The translations under genes and the position numbers were made by a program. Positions 8,084 to 17,319 of a DNA stretch of 64,000 nucleotides are shown here, piece by piece; the first letter of the stretch is position 1, and each line of letters starts with the position of its first letter. The DNA is taken from contig VXML01000020.1 in the NCBI GenBank assembly GCA_009841115.1, positions 11,438 to 75,437 of the forward strand. The letters are read 5' to 3'. The notes under the pieces were generated by a model. That model ran no database searches, was not told the origin of the DNA, and was given only the letters and a program-made list of their open reading frames with translations. This DNA is from Gemmatimonadota bacterium. GTDB taxonomy: Bacteria; Latescibacterota; UBA2968; UBA8231.

Positions 8084-9862
8084 ATGCCAACATCTCATAG
8101 CACGATCTGGCGACTGTTGGTCGGCGCGGTGTTATGGACTGCGTGCGGCCCGGAAGAGCCTTCGGAACCGGCTCCGAAGCCTGAGTACACCAAACCGGCT
8201 GCCGACTACGCAGTGGGGCGCGGGCGGAAAGAGGCTCCTGCGGTGCGCTTTGTCGATGTGACGAGGGAAGCTGGTCTCGAATTCAGGCACGAGACCGGTG
8301 CGCGCGGCGACAAGTGGATGCCGGAAACCATGGGCAGTGGCTGTGCGCTTTTTGATTACGATGGCGACGGCTGGTTGGATGTGCTCTTGGTCAACAGCGA
8401 AGGCTGGGGCGGCGAAAAGGCTCCCGGCAAGCTCTACCGCAATCTCGGCAACGGCACCTTTGATGACGCGACGAAACGCGCGGGTCTAGACTTCTCGGTC
8501 TATGGCATGGGCGCGACGATTGCCGACTACGACGCCGATGGCGACCCGGATATCTACCTGACGACCTTGGGGCCGAACCTGCTCTTGCGCAACGACGCGG
8601 GACGCTTTGTCGATGTGGCGCAAGAAGCGGGCGTGGCAGGTGCGGTCTGGCGGGACGATGCGGGCAATGAGAATCCCGAATGGTCCACGGGCGCGGCTTG
8701 GGTTGATGTGGATGGCGACGGATGGCTGGATCTGTTGGTTACCAACTACGTGCGCTGGTCAGCTAGCACCGACATCTACACCACGCTCGATGGCAAGGGA
8801 AAGTCCTACGCCACGCCACAGCAATACCCCGGCTCGACGCCGAGGCTCTACCGCAACTTAGGCGAGGGTCGCTTTCGGGAAATAACTGAAGAAGCCGGTC
8901 TGCTGTTGCCCGAAGGCAAGTCCATGGGCGTGGCCATGACCGACTTTGAAGACGACGGGCGCATTGACTTGGTCGTCACCAACGACACCCAGCCCAATTT
9001 CCTGTTGCAAAACTTAGGTGGGGGTCGCTTTGCGGAACGGGGGCTCGCCGCGGGCATCGGCTACGACGAGACTGGGCGGGCGCGAGCGGGGATGGGCGTA
9101 GATATTACCTCGGTTGCCAACGACGGCGTGCTCTCCATCGCCATTGGCAACTTCAGCCGCGAGGCGCTCTCGCTCTACAGCCAAGCTGGAAGTGAGGTCT
9201 TCGTCGATGCTGCGGGTAAAGCTCGGCTGATGCAGGCGACGCTGCAGCCGCTGACCTTTGGACTGCGCTTTTTCGACTACGATCTCGACGGCTACCAAGA
9301 CCTGATCTTGGCCAATGGGCACATCGAGCCAGAGATCAACTCGACGCAGAAGGAGATCGAGTACCAGCAGGCACCGCAGTTGTTTTGGAATGACGGTGAC
9401 GGGCGGATGGTCGAGGTGTCGGAGCAGACGGGCGGGCCATTTCTCAAGCCAGTGGTGGCGCGAGGACTGTCCGTCGGCGATATAGACGCAGACGGCGACT
9501 TGGACGTGTTGCTGACGACCAATGGAGGTCCAGCTTATCTATTGCGCAACGAGGGGCCGACGGGCCGCGTGGTAGAGCTTGACCTGACGGGCAAGGCACC
9601 CAATCGAGACGCGATCGGCGCGAAGGTGACTGCGCGGGTGGGCGAACAGGAGCAGGTGTTCATGGTGCGCACGGGATCTTCCTATTTGAGCCACAGTCCG
9701 ATGAGCCTGACCGTTGGTTTGGGTGAGGCTGAGCAGATCGACCGCTTGGAGATTCGCTGGCCGGATGGGACGGTGGAAGCTCTTGAACAGCTCGCGGCCG
9801 GGTCGCGCTACGACATCGCGCAGGGTGAGGGTGTTGTGGGGAAGAAAGCTTTTGTGCAGTAA
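8084..9862 (+). CDS. CRTAC1/ASPIC-UnbV family FG-GAP repeat protein (probable lipoprotein)
   Basis: ETMGSG, repeated DYDGDG.LD Ca-binding motifs, NRDAIGA.V, GSSYLS, EIRWPDG; LWTAC lipobox-like; start uncertain (8039-8084). Confidence 0.9.
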   Translation: MPTSHSTIWRLLVGAVLWTACGPEEPSEPAPKPEYTKPAADYAVGRGRKEAPAVRFVDVTREAGLEFRHETGARGDKWMPETMGSGCALFDYDGDGWLDVLLVNSEGWGGEKAPGKLYRNLGNGTFDDATKRAGLDFSVYGMGATIADYDADGDPDIYLTTLGPNLLLRNDAGRFVDVAQEAGVAGAVWRDDAGNENPEWSTGAAWVDVDGDGWLDLLVTNYVRWSASTDIYTTLDGKGKSYATPQQYPGSTPRLYRNLGEGRFREITEEAGLLLPEGKSMGVAMTDFEDDGRIDLVVTNDTQPNFLLQNLGGGRFAERGLAAGIGYDETGRARAGMGVDITSVANDGVLSIAIGNFSREALSLYSQAGSEVFVDAAGKARLMQATLQPLTFGLRFFDYDLDGYQDLILANGHIEPEINSTQKEIEYQQAPQLFWNDGDGRMVEVSEQTGGPFLKPVVARGLSVGDIDADGDLDVLLTTNGGPAYLLRNEGPTGRVVELDLTGKAPNRDAIGAKVTARVGEQEQVFMVRTGSSYLSHSPMSLTVGLGEAEQIDRLEIRWPDGTVEALEQLAAGSRYDIAQGEGVVGKKAFVQ

Positions 9863-9868
9863 GCTATT

Positions 9869-10753
9869 TCAATGGATCAAGCGGCCCCTTTGGTCGTGGC
9901 TGACCTTGTCGGGGTCGTGCGGGCCGGAGCGGGCGCGCTTGGCTTCCCCTTGTTTGTAGCGGTGGCGCATTTCCGTTTGCCGCCATTGCAAAAAACTGCG
10001 TTCCTGCGCGTCGCGGTTGCGCGCCGAGGCTGGGGCTGGGATTTCGATGGTGGCGTAGGTGATTTCGTTTACCCGGCGCGACAGAGCGACGATTTCTCCT
10101 TTGCTGATGACCAAGGTGACGCCGACGTTGGCCTCGACAATGGCGACGCCGTTTTCGCGCGCCCGGGCCAACACGGCGCGGTCTTGCTCCTTGGAGCGGG
10201 AGCCATAGGAGGGGATGAGCAGGTACTGTGCTCCGTCGAGCACTGGGATGCGGGCGATGTCGGGGTTCCAGCGGTCGTTGCAGATGAGGAAGCCGCAGCG
10301 GCCAAACGGAGTGTCAAAGGCGTGGGCATGAGCGCCGAGGCGGTTGTACCACCAGGAAGGATGGTAGCCTTCGGCTAGTTGCATTTTGTGGTACTTGCCA
10401 CACAGGCGGCCCCGGTGGTCGATGAAGACGGCGCAGTTGTACACATCATCGCCGATGCGCTCGGCTAGCCCAAAGGAGAGGCTTATTCCCAATTCGCGGG
10501 CCAGATCGCGAAAGCGGCCAATGACCGGGCCGCGCGTGGTGACGGCCACGTCCCGCATCCGTTCTTCCGGTTCCTCTCCCGTGATTAGTTCCATGACCAC
10601 GTAGCCCTCCAGTACCCCTTCGGGTGCCAAGGCTAGTTGGGCACCGCCTTTGGCGGCGGCGCGGAACATGGCTTCCAAGTGGTCGGCATTGCCGGCTAGG
10701 TCGAATTTTTTGGGCCGGAAGGAAATGGCGGCGACAGCTACGGATTGGTACAT
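9869..10753 (-). CDS. Carbon-nitrogen hydrolase (nitrilase superfamily)
   Basis: E-K-C triad in PEG, YHK, LICND. Confidence 0.9.
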   Translation of the reverse strand: MYQSVAVAAISFRPKKFDLAGNADHLEAMFRAAAKGGAQLALAPEGVLEGYVVMELITGEEPEERMRDVAVTTRGPVIGRFRDLARELGISLSFGLAERIGDDVYNCAVFIDHRGRLCGKYHKMQLAEGYHPSWWYNRLGAHAHAFDTPFGRCGFLICNDRWNPDIARIPVLDGAQYLLIPSYGSRSKEQDRAVLARARENGVAIVEANVGVTLVISKGEIVALSRRVNEITYATIEIPAPASARNRDAQERSFLQWRQTEMRHRYKQGEAKRARSGPHDPDKVSHDQRGRLIH

Positions 10754-10765
10754 AGGTTACGTCTC

Positions 10766-12142
10766 CTATTCTTCTTTGCGGCAAAAGCGCAGTGCGTACA
10801 GGTCGGCGTCGTACATGACAAAGCGCAGGCGCACTGGCCGACCGGCCAACGGGCCTACTTCAGCGCCTGATTCCCATTCTACTGCTAAGTCCGTCTGATC
10901 CTGAAAAAGTTCGGGCGAGTCGGCTAGCGACAGGCCGGGGAAGGGCTTGCCGTTTTCGTCTTGGACCTCGACGCGGATGCTACCGGCCGCGGAGGTGGCC
11001 ATGTTGAGCCGCAACTGATCGCCGCTGAAGATCAGGGGCTTGGTGGTGAACTGGCCGCCGCGATAGGGCGCTTGTACCGACGCAAAACCATCGAGGCGCA
11101 TGGTCAGGCGGCGGATGCAGGAGGTGGGCATGCGCCAGTGCTCGGTCATGTAGAGCGACAGTTCGGCGGGTCCGGTGCGCAGCAGGCCGCGCATGATGTA
11201 CACGCTGCGGTCGTGCCAATTTCCGGGATCGGGACCCGGGCGCACGAAGGCTTCGGGGAAGAGGCGGTCGAAGTGGAGGCCGTCGTGGCTGCTCATTAGC
11301 ACGCCGTCGTTGACCCCAGGGTACGGCCAGTCGGGCGTGGGGCTGCGGTTGTTGACAAAGCGCGAGGGGAACATCAGGTAGAGGCCGGGGGAGCGCTCGT
11401 AGGGAACGCAGGAATTGGTGTACATGTGCTCCAGCGGCGCATCGCCGGTGTCGATGGATTCTAGCGGACTCCAGTGGACAAAGTCGTCGGAGGTGGCGCG
11501 GCGGATCCAGCGCACGCCCTCCTTAAAGGCGCGAGTGGCACCGTGGCCTAGTTCGCCGTCGCTGCGAATGCCTCGGGTGTACATGACGTACTGGCCGGTC
11601 CACGGGTCGCGGAAGGCGATGTTGTGCGAGTCGAACGGGCCTTCGGTCTGCACGGGTTCGGGGTTTTTGCGCCAGTGGAAGCCGTCGGGCGAGGTCGCCG
11701 TGTAAATGGCACCACGCCGACCGATGCCTTTGTAGCGCTCTTGCTCTGGGGCTTGTGGGTCGAGGAATGGGGAGAAGTTGACTAGGTCGGGATCGTCGAG
11801 GACCAAGTTATTGGCCGTCGAGCCTTGGAAGTCGATGAGGCCCAACTCTGGTTTGTGCCAGGTTATGCCGTCGCTGCTTTCGACATAGGCGGTGCAGGCG
11901 CGGTCGGTTTTGTTGTTGTCGGCGTGGGGGATACAGCGGTACCAGGCGCGGAAGCGATCTCCGTCTTTGAAGAGCACGGCGTAGGCGAGGCCGCCTTCTT
12001 CCCAAGGATGGTCGATGCGCACTGCGGCGTTGCGGCGCATGGGCTGGTGGAGGACTTGGCGGGCGTCCTGCAGCTCGTCGATGAGGCGGCGGTCGAGCAG
12101 TAGTTGGCGGTCGGAGCCGATGGGGATGGGGGTGTCGGGCAT
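10766..12142 (-). CDS. Hypothetical five-bladed beta-propeller glycoside-hydrolase-like protein
   Basis: Repeated S.DG.(T/H)W motifs, WHKPELG, FDSHN, RLDGFAS and a C-terminal beta-sandwich. Confidence 0.7.
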   Translation of the reverse strand: MPDTPIPIGSDRQLLLDRRLIDELQDARQVLHQPMRRNAAVRIDHPWEEGGLAYAVLFKDGDRFRAWYRCIPHADNNKTDRACTAYVESSDGITWHKPELGLIDFQGSTANNLVLDDPDLVNFSPFLDPQAPEQERYKGIGRRGAIYTATSPDGFHWRKNPEPVQTEGPFDSHNIAFRDPWTGQYVMYTRGIRSDGELGHGATRAFKEGVRWIRRATSDDFVHWSPLESIDTGDAPLEHMYTNSCVPYERSPGLYLMFPSRFVNNRSPTPDWPYPGVNDGVLMSSHDGLHFDRLFPEAFVRPGPDPGNWHDRSVYIMRGLLRTGPAELSLYMTEHWRMPTSCIRRLTMRLDGFASVQAPYRGGQFTTKPLIFSGDQLRLNMATSAAGSIRVEVQDENGKPFPGLSLADSPELFQDQTDLAVEWESGAEVGPLAGRPVRLRFVMYDADLYALRFCRKEE

Positions 12143-12244
12143 GGTGGCCTCTGGGGTGGGTAGTTGGAGCGTCGGCGGGCGTATTATAGCTAACGTAGGG
12201 CTAATCTACAACTTAACAAGTCTTGTTTGCCCTATCCCATCTAC

Positions 12245-12273
12245 TTGCTATTCGGACACTTATGTCCTATTCT
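12245..12273 (+). promoter_or_regulatory. Sigma70-type promoter of hicAB with palindromic operator
   Basis: TTGCTA-17 nt-TATTCT; the spacer contains GGACA-CTTA-TGTCC; GTG start 7 nt downstream suggests a leaderless transcript. Confidence 0.6.
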
Positions 12274-12280
12274 GTAGAGC

Positions 12281-12496
12281 GTGAAAGGCAGAGAATTCAT
12301 AGATCGAGTTTTTGAGCTTGGCGCGGAGCGTGGGATTTCCGTTCGCCTCGATACCAAGCGCGGCAAGGGAAGCCACGTCACGCTGTATTACGGTACGCGT
12401 AAGACCGTCGTAAAAGATCGCCGCAAGGAGCTTGCTCCCGGTCTTTTATCCGCTATGATCCGTCAACTCGGCCTCAACCGTAGCGACTTTCAATGA
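12281..12496 (+). CDS. hicA: HicA-family toxin
   Basis: 71 aa with GKGSH motif and EL.PGLL..M.RQLGL. Confidence 0.85.
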   Translation: MKGREFIDRVFELGAERGISVRLDTKRGKGSHVTLYYGTRKTVVKDRRKELAPGLLSAMIRQLGLNRSDFQ

Positions 12497-12517
12497 GGTA
12501 GGAAAAAGGAGATCGTC

Positions 12518-12946
12518 ATGCAGTTTCGCTATCCCGCACGGCTTCAGCCCGATCTCTCGGGCGAGATCATCGTCTCGTTCCGAGATCTTCCCGAATGCCT
12601 CACGTCCGGCGAGGACGAGACCGAGGCTCTTATGGAGGCTCGCGACGCGCTTGAGGAAGCTATCGCCGGCCGCATTGACGATGGCGAGCCAATCCCGGTG
12701 CCGAGTCGGCGACATGCTGGTGAACAGCTCATCGCCGTGCCGCCGGACATGGCCGCGAAGGCTGCGTTCGCGCTAGCGTTCCGCGCTAGTGGGCTGTCGC
12801 GCCTTGCCTTGGCTCGCCGCCTCGGCGTCAACGAGAAAGTCGTGCGTCGCATGCTCGACCCGCGTCACCACACGGCCGCCAACCGGATTCACAAGGCCCT
12901 GTGTGCACTCGGTCAGGAACTCATCGTGGAGTCGCGTGCGGCGTAA
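12518..12946 (+). CDS. hicB: HicB-family antitoxin with C-terminal HTH
   Basis: YPA.L, VSFRDLPECLT.G, EAL..A.DAL, IPVPS and C-terminal HTH. Confidence 0.9.
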   Translation: MQFRYPARLQPDLSGEIIVSFRDLPECLTSGEDETEALMEARDALEEAIAGRIDDGEPIPVPSRRHAGEQLIAVPPDMAAKAAFALAFRASGLSRLALARRLGVNEKVVRRMLDPRHHTAANRIHKALCALGQELIVESRAA

Positions 12947-12982
12947 TGGGCGCGGCCTACTCGGTAGAGTAAAGCAAAAGTC

Positions 12983-13225
12983 TTAATCATTCAAGGGGCC
13001 TTTTCTCAAATTGCGGACATAAGCATCGACATCCGCCATATCTTTTCTGTCTCGCCACATCCCAAAAGCTTCATGGTCTTTTACAGGTTTTCTTGTACGC
13101 TGTCGGATAGGAGACAGGATGGCTTTTTCCTTGCCTCGATAAAGAATGGTGACCGATTCGTTGCGATCGAGAGCGAGCAAGATATCTTTCATGCGTCGTC
13201 TTAAGTCGGTAATAGATGCTTTCAT
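12983..13225 (-). CDS. Phd/YefM-family antitoxin (orphan)
   Basis: ASITDLRRRMKDIL.AL..NESVTILYRGK and AFGMW.DR; AAGGAGG RBS. Confidence 0.75.
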   Translation of the reverse strand: MKASITDLRRRMKDILLALDRNESVTILYRGKEKAILSPIRQRTRKPVKDHEAFGMWRDRKDMADVDAYVRNLRKGPLND

Positions 13226-13269
13226 AAGTCCTCCTTAAAGTGTACACAGTGCTAGGGATTTGCGCCCTG

Positions 13270-13830
13270 CTACTGCTTTCGCAGCGATTTCTTTAGCACT
13301 CTGCCCCAGGTTCTGCCGTAGGGATGGACGACCTTTACCCGCTCCTTTCCCCGGTAAACTGGTCGTCCCTCGTTTGCCCAAGCGAAGATTGATCCTTCTA
13401 GATTGTAGACCTCTGTATATCCCTTTTTCATTAGAAACTGGGCAAGTTCTGACGAGCGGTACCCTACGGAACAGTACAAAACGATACGCTGGTCCGATGA
13501 TACTCCTTGGAGCGCTTTTAGGGCTTCGTCTTTCGAGGGGGCTGGCCGGGCACCCTGCAGATGGCTGACGGCGTATTCCTCGGGTTTTCGGACGTCGAAC
13601 AGCAAGAGGTTTTCCCGCTGTGGAGATTCGTCGAGCCAAGATTGTAGCGTATCGGTCGAGATATGGGCGACTGTCGGGAACTTGGTGCGGATCGTCTTCA
13701 GCGTTAGGGACCAGGATATGGTGCTGTCTTCGCCTTCTTCCTGTGCCGAGGCGGCGACGCCAGTGCACATTGCCAGTCGTAGGGCAAACGCGAGAACTGT
13801 CTTAAATTGGTTGAGGTTGAGTTGGCGCAT
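13270..13830 (-). CDS. Rhodanese-like domain protein, probably exported
   Basis: DVR..EEYAVSHL.GA, YCSVGYRS, NLEGSIFAW; signal-peptide-like N-terminus from ATG 13830. Confidence 0.85.
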   Translation of the reverse strand: MRQLNLNQFKTVLAFALRLAMCTGVAASAQEEGEDSTISWSLTLKTIRTKFPTVAHISTDTLQSWLDESPQRENLLLFDVRKPEEYAVSHLQGARPAPSKDEALKALQGVSSDQRIVLYCSVGYRSSELAQFLMKKGYTEVYNLEGSIFAWANEGRPVYRGKERVKVVHPYGRTWGRVLKKSLRKQ

Positions 13831-13882
13831 GAAGATGATCCAATCCGAGAGATGAATATATAGAAGAGGAGGAACCGATCCG

Positions 13883-14752
13883 ATGCAAGATCTACGCATC
13901 GCCGCGGTGCAGATGAACTGTCGCGTCGCGGAATACGAACGCAATCTGGCTACAATCGAGCGCTTTGCCGAGGTGGCAGCGGCGCAAGATGTGGACATCG
14001 TCTGCTTTCCCGAGCTATGCGTGTGCGGGTACAATGCCGGCGACACCTCGACGCCGGAGCCTGAGCCGCTCGAAGGGGAATCGCTCCGCAGGCTTGAAGA
14101 GATCGCGCGAAACTGTCAGATCACTCTGCTCGCCGGTATTCTCGAACGGGACGTCAGCGGTATCGTCTATAACACGCAGGTCGTCTGCGGTCCCGAGGGG
14201 TACGTCGGCTGCTATCGCAAGACGCACGTTCCCGATGCCGAGATCGGCACTTGGCGCCACGGCGACGACCTTCCGGTGTTCGACCATGCAAAGGCTCGCT
14301 ACGGCATTGAGATTTGTTACGATTCCCACTTCCCGGAGTTGAGTACCTTGTTGGCGGAAAAGGGAGCCGAAGTGATCTTCCTGCCCCATGCCTCGCCGGG
14401 GGAGACTCTCGCAGAAAAGCGGGCCCGTTGGATGCGCTACGTTCCGGCCCGCGCGTACGACAATAACGTGTACGTCGCCATCTGCAATAACGTCGGCGAT
14501 AATGGGGCCGGCCGCACGTTCGCGGGGGTGACCTTTATCTGCGATCCCCTCGGTGCTGTCATCGCCGAGGGGCAGAGCGGCAGCGAAGAGGAAATGGTCG
14601 TCGCCGACTTGAATGCATCGGCGCTAGCGGAGAGTCGCAGGGAGACGCTGATGTTCTTCCGCCATTACCGCCGGCCCGAGATGTACCGGCGCTGGGAGAA
14701 CGAGATTGGATTGCGCGGGGATGGTCAATCGACGTCCCTCACTGGCCGATAA
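13883..14752 (+). CDS. Carbon-nitrogen hydrolase (nitrilase superfamily)
   Basis: FPEL, YRKTH, ICYD..FPE, RAYDN. Confidence 0.92.
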   Translation: MQDLRIAAVQMNCRVAEYERNLATIERFAEVAAAQDVDIVCFPELCVCGYNAGDTSTPEPEPLEGESLRRLEEIARNCQITLLAGILERDVSGIVYNTQVVCGPEGYVGCYRKTHVPDAEIGTWRHGDDLPVFDHAKARYGIEICYDSHFPELSTLLAEKGAEVIFLPHASPGETLAEKRARWMRYVPARAYDNNVYVAICNNVGDNGAGRTFAGVTFICDPLGAVIAEGQSGSEEEMVVADLNASALAESRRETLMFFRHYRRPEMYRRWENEIGLRGDGQSTSLTGR

Positions 14753-14764
14753 TTTTAACAGGAG

Positions 14765-16330
14765 ATGACCATGACTCGTTTACAAGACGTCAATACCACG
14801 GATGTGCGCAGCGCCATTGAATTGGGTTGCCGCACCATGTCGAGCGTCTTCAATGTCGACGACAACGATATACCCTTTTTTGGCTCGCGCGTGCGTCCCC
14901 AAGCCGAATTGCGCTTCAGCGCCGCGCATTCGGAGGCGCACGTGCCCGGCCGCCATCTCAATGCCTTGCTCAACGCCGAGGACGCGGCGGGCGTTGAAGT
15001 GGATGAAGCGGCTATTGAAAAACACGCGGCGGCGGCGTTCTACTCGTACAGCGGCCCCATCGCCATGCCGCTCAACCGGGCCGAGTTGGGCGGTCCGCTG
15101 GTCAACTTCATCCCGCACAATATCCGCGAGGGCTTCCATGCGCTCTATCCGCTGGTGCAATACCGCGACTCGGATCAGGCGCGACAGCTAGCGGAGGCCA
15201 GTATCGAGGCGTTTCGCCGCTACTGGAGCGTGGACGAGGGATGGGATCGACCGGCGCTGCAGGGGTTGGGGCTGGAGGCGTGGGAGAGTCTGTTTATTCC
15301 GGGGGAGGCCCGGGCCTTGGGGCCTTTGGTCAAGTACTATCGGGCGACGGGCTATGGGCCGGCGTTGGAGTTGGCTTTGGAATTGGCAGAGAAGATCACG
15401 GGTGAGTTTTTTACGGCGGACGGCGGCCACGACCGGGAACTGCTGGGCGACCACACGCACTCGGTCACCTGCGTCATGTCGTCGTTGGCGCAATTGGCCG
15501 ATCTGACGGGCGACGCGGCGCTTCTGTTGCGCGTCAAGGCTTTTTACGATAATGGCCTGTGGGACATGCGCGACCCATTGGGTTGGGTCGTCGAAAGCAC
15601 GCATCCCGATGCGCCGCCCGACCGAGGCGAGGTCAACAATACTGGCGACATCGTCGAGACCGCCCTGACTTTGGGGCGCTGGGGCTGGAGCGAGTATCTC
15701 CAAGACGCCGAGCGCATTGTGCGCGGCCATATGCTGCCGTCGCAACTGCGCGATATTTCCTTCATTGATGAGCCGCCCAATCCCGAGGGCGTGGACGGCC
15801 TGCGCGACTTGGCCCAGCGGCACCAGGGAGCCTTTGGCTTTCCAGCGCCGTACGGTCACGAGCCGGTGGAAGCCGAGAGTGTTGGCTTCAACATGGATAT
15901 TGTCGGTGGGGCTGTGGCGTCTTTGTGCGAGGTGTACCGGGAGATGGTGCGCAGCGGCCCGGCGGGGCACCGGGTCAATTTGCTCTTTGACCACGAGACC
16001 GAGGCCGTGCGCGTTGAATCTCCTTATACGCATGATGTCCTGCGCGTCGAGGTCAAGCAGCCGGGGCCTTTGTGGGTGCGCCTGCCCGGCTGGGTAACGC
16101 CGTCTGACTTAGTGGTAAAGGGGGTTGCGCCCCCGCGCATAGACAGCGGGTTTCTTTTTTTTGCCCAACCGCCTTTGAACACTCCCATCGAGATTCGCTT
16201 TGCCCTAGCCGAAGAAGAGTTGGTCCTGCAGCATCGAACTCGTTCGATCCGCGCCCGGCTGCGCGGCGACGAGGTGGTGGCGATGGATGACTTTGGCGCT
16301 GATCTGACCTTTTTCTCGCCGTTTGATTAA
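14765..16330 (+). CDS. Hypothetical GH127-like (alpha/alpha-barrel) protein, paralog A
   Basis: 521-aa ORF with AGGAG RBS; HNIREGFHAL, GEVNNTGD, VRLPGW; clearly paralogous to 20936..22522; fold is inferred. Confidence 0.6.
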   Translation: MTMTRLQDVNTTDVRSAIELGCRTMSSVFNVDDNDIPFFGSRVRPQAELRFSAAHSEAHVPGRHLNALLNAEDAAGVEVDEAAIEKHAAAAFYSYSGPIAMPLNRAELGGPLVNFIPHNIREGFHALYPLVQYRDSDQARQLAEASIEAFRRYWSVDEGWDRPALQGLGLEAWESLFIPGEARALGPLVKYYRATGYGPALELALELAEKITGEFFTADGGHDRELLGDHTHSVTCVMSSLAQLADLTGDAALLLRVKAFYDNGLWDMRDPLGWVVESTHPDAPPDRGEVNNTGDIVETALTLGRWGWSEYLQDAERIVRGHMLPSQLRDISFIDEPPNPEGVDGLRDLAQRHQGAFGFPAPYGHEPVEAESVGFNMDIVGGAVASLCEVYREMVRSGPAGHRVNLLFDHETEAVRVESPYTHDVLRVEVKQPGPLWVRLPGWVTPSDLVVKGVAPPRIDSGFLFFAQPPLNTPIEIRFALAEEELVLQHRTRSIRARLRGDEVVAMDDFGADLTFFSPFD

Positions 16331-16460
16331 AAGCAAGGTATCCGCAGATAGACACAGATAGATGCAGATACCGGCCCCTACGCGGTTTGGTCTCCGTGGA
16401 TATGGGCGATATATTAGCGGCCCTATCGTAGCAGAACAATCACTCCAAGGAGGGTGGAAC

Positions 16461-17315
16461 ATGGCGAAAATCAAACGGCCTAAAATCTATCATATGTGCT
16501 CCCTCGGTTCCCTGATGGGATACGGCGGCAAGAAGGGAGAGTGGAGCGCGGCGAAAAAGCTCAAAAAAATAAAAGACGCTGGTTTCGACGGCTTTGTGGG
16601 GCGCGTCTTCATGGTGACCCCGGACGAGGTCGCGGCCTCGGGGTTGGTCTTTGCCTGTACCACCGACTTGGGGGGCATCCGCGAGATCAGGCCCAAGTTG
16701 CGCGAAATCAAGGCGGCGGGAGCGCGCTGTGTCAACGTGCAAATGCTCGACCACGACACGCTCACCCTGCGGGCCGTGGAAGTGGCGCGGCGCTTGATGG
16801 ACGCGGCCGAAGACTTGGAGATGGACGTGGCCGTGGAGATGCACCGCGATACGTGCACGGAAACGCCGGAAAAAACCTATGCCTTGGCCGCTGGTTACGA
16901 GAAGGCGGAGAAGAAGCCGCTGAAAATGACGTGGGACTTTTCCCATCCGGCGGTGATCAAGCATTTGTCGCCGCCCTACTGGGAGCGTCTAGCCGAGCGC
17001 GTCGATCTGATTCAATTGGCGCAGCAGTTTCACTTCAGGCCATTCAACGGGCACCACGCCATGATTCCGGCTATTGACCACAGGGGCAAGATCATTCCCG
17101 AATTTGTCGATTGGCTGGAATTTGCCGAGCAGGTCATGGCCTGTTGGCTGGAAGCGGCCGAGCCGGGCCGAGAAATGTTTGCCTGTCCCGAACAGATCGC
17201 CGGCGGTTACCATCTGTCGGTTTTTCCCGACCGCTGGAAGGACGTGCAGGTGGTGCGCCGCGAGTTGGACAGGGTGTGGAAGAGGCAATTGAGGAAGTGG
17301 AAGGCACCGGCTTAA
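16461..17315 (+). CDS. Xylose-isomerase-like TIM-barrel protein (sugar phosphate isomerase/epimerase)
   Basis: AGFDG, EMHRDT, WDFSH, FHFR motifs; AAGGAGG RBS before ATG 16461. Confidence 0.8.
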   Translation: MAKIKRPKIYHMCSLGSLMGYGGKKGEWSAAKKLKKIKDAGFDGFVGRVFMVTPDEVAASGLVFACTTDLGGIREIRPKLREIKAAGARCVNVQMLDHDTLTLRAVEVARRLMDAAEDLEMDVAVEMHRDTCTETPEKTYALAAGYEKAEKKPLKMTWDFSHPAVIKHLSPPYWERLAERVDLIQLAQQFHFRPFNGHHAMIPAIDHRGKIIPEFVDWLEFAEQVMACWLEAAEPGREMFACPEQIAGGYHLSVFPDRWKDVQVVRRELDRVWKRQLRKWKAPA

Positions 17316-17319
17316 CCTC

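Noticed and set aside
8084-9862. Enediyne biosynthetic cluster suggested by the UnbV domain
   Set aside because: No PKS or other enediyne genes in the window; ASPIC-UnbV proteins are widespread outside such clusters.
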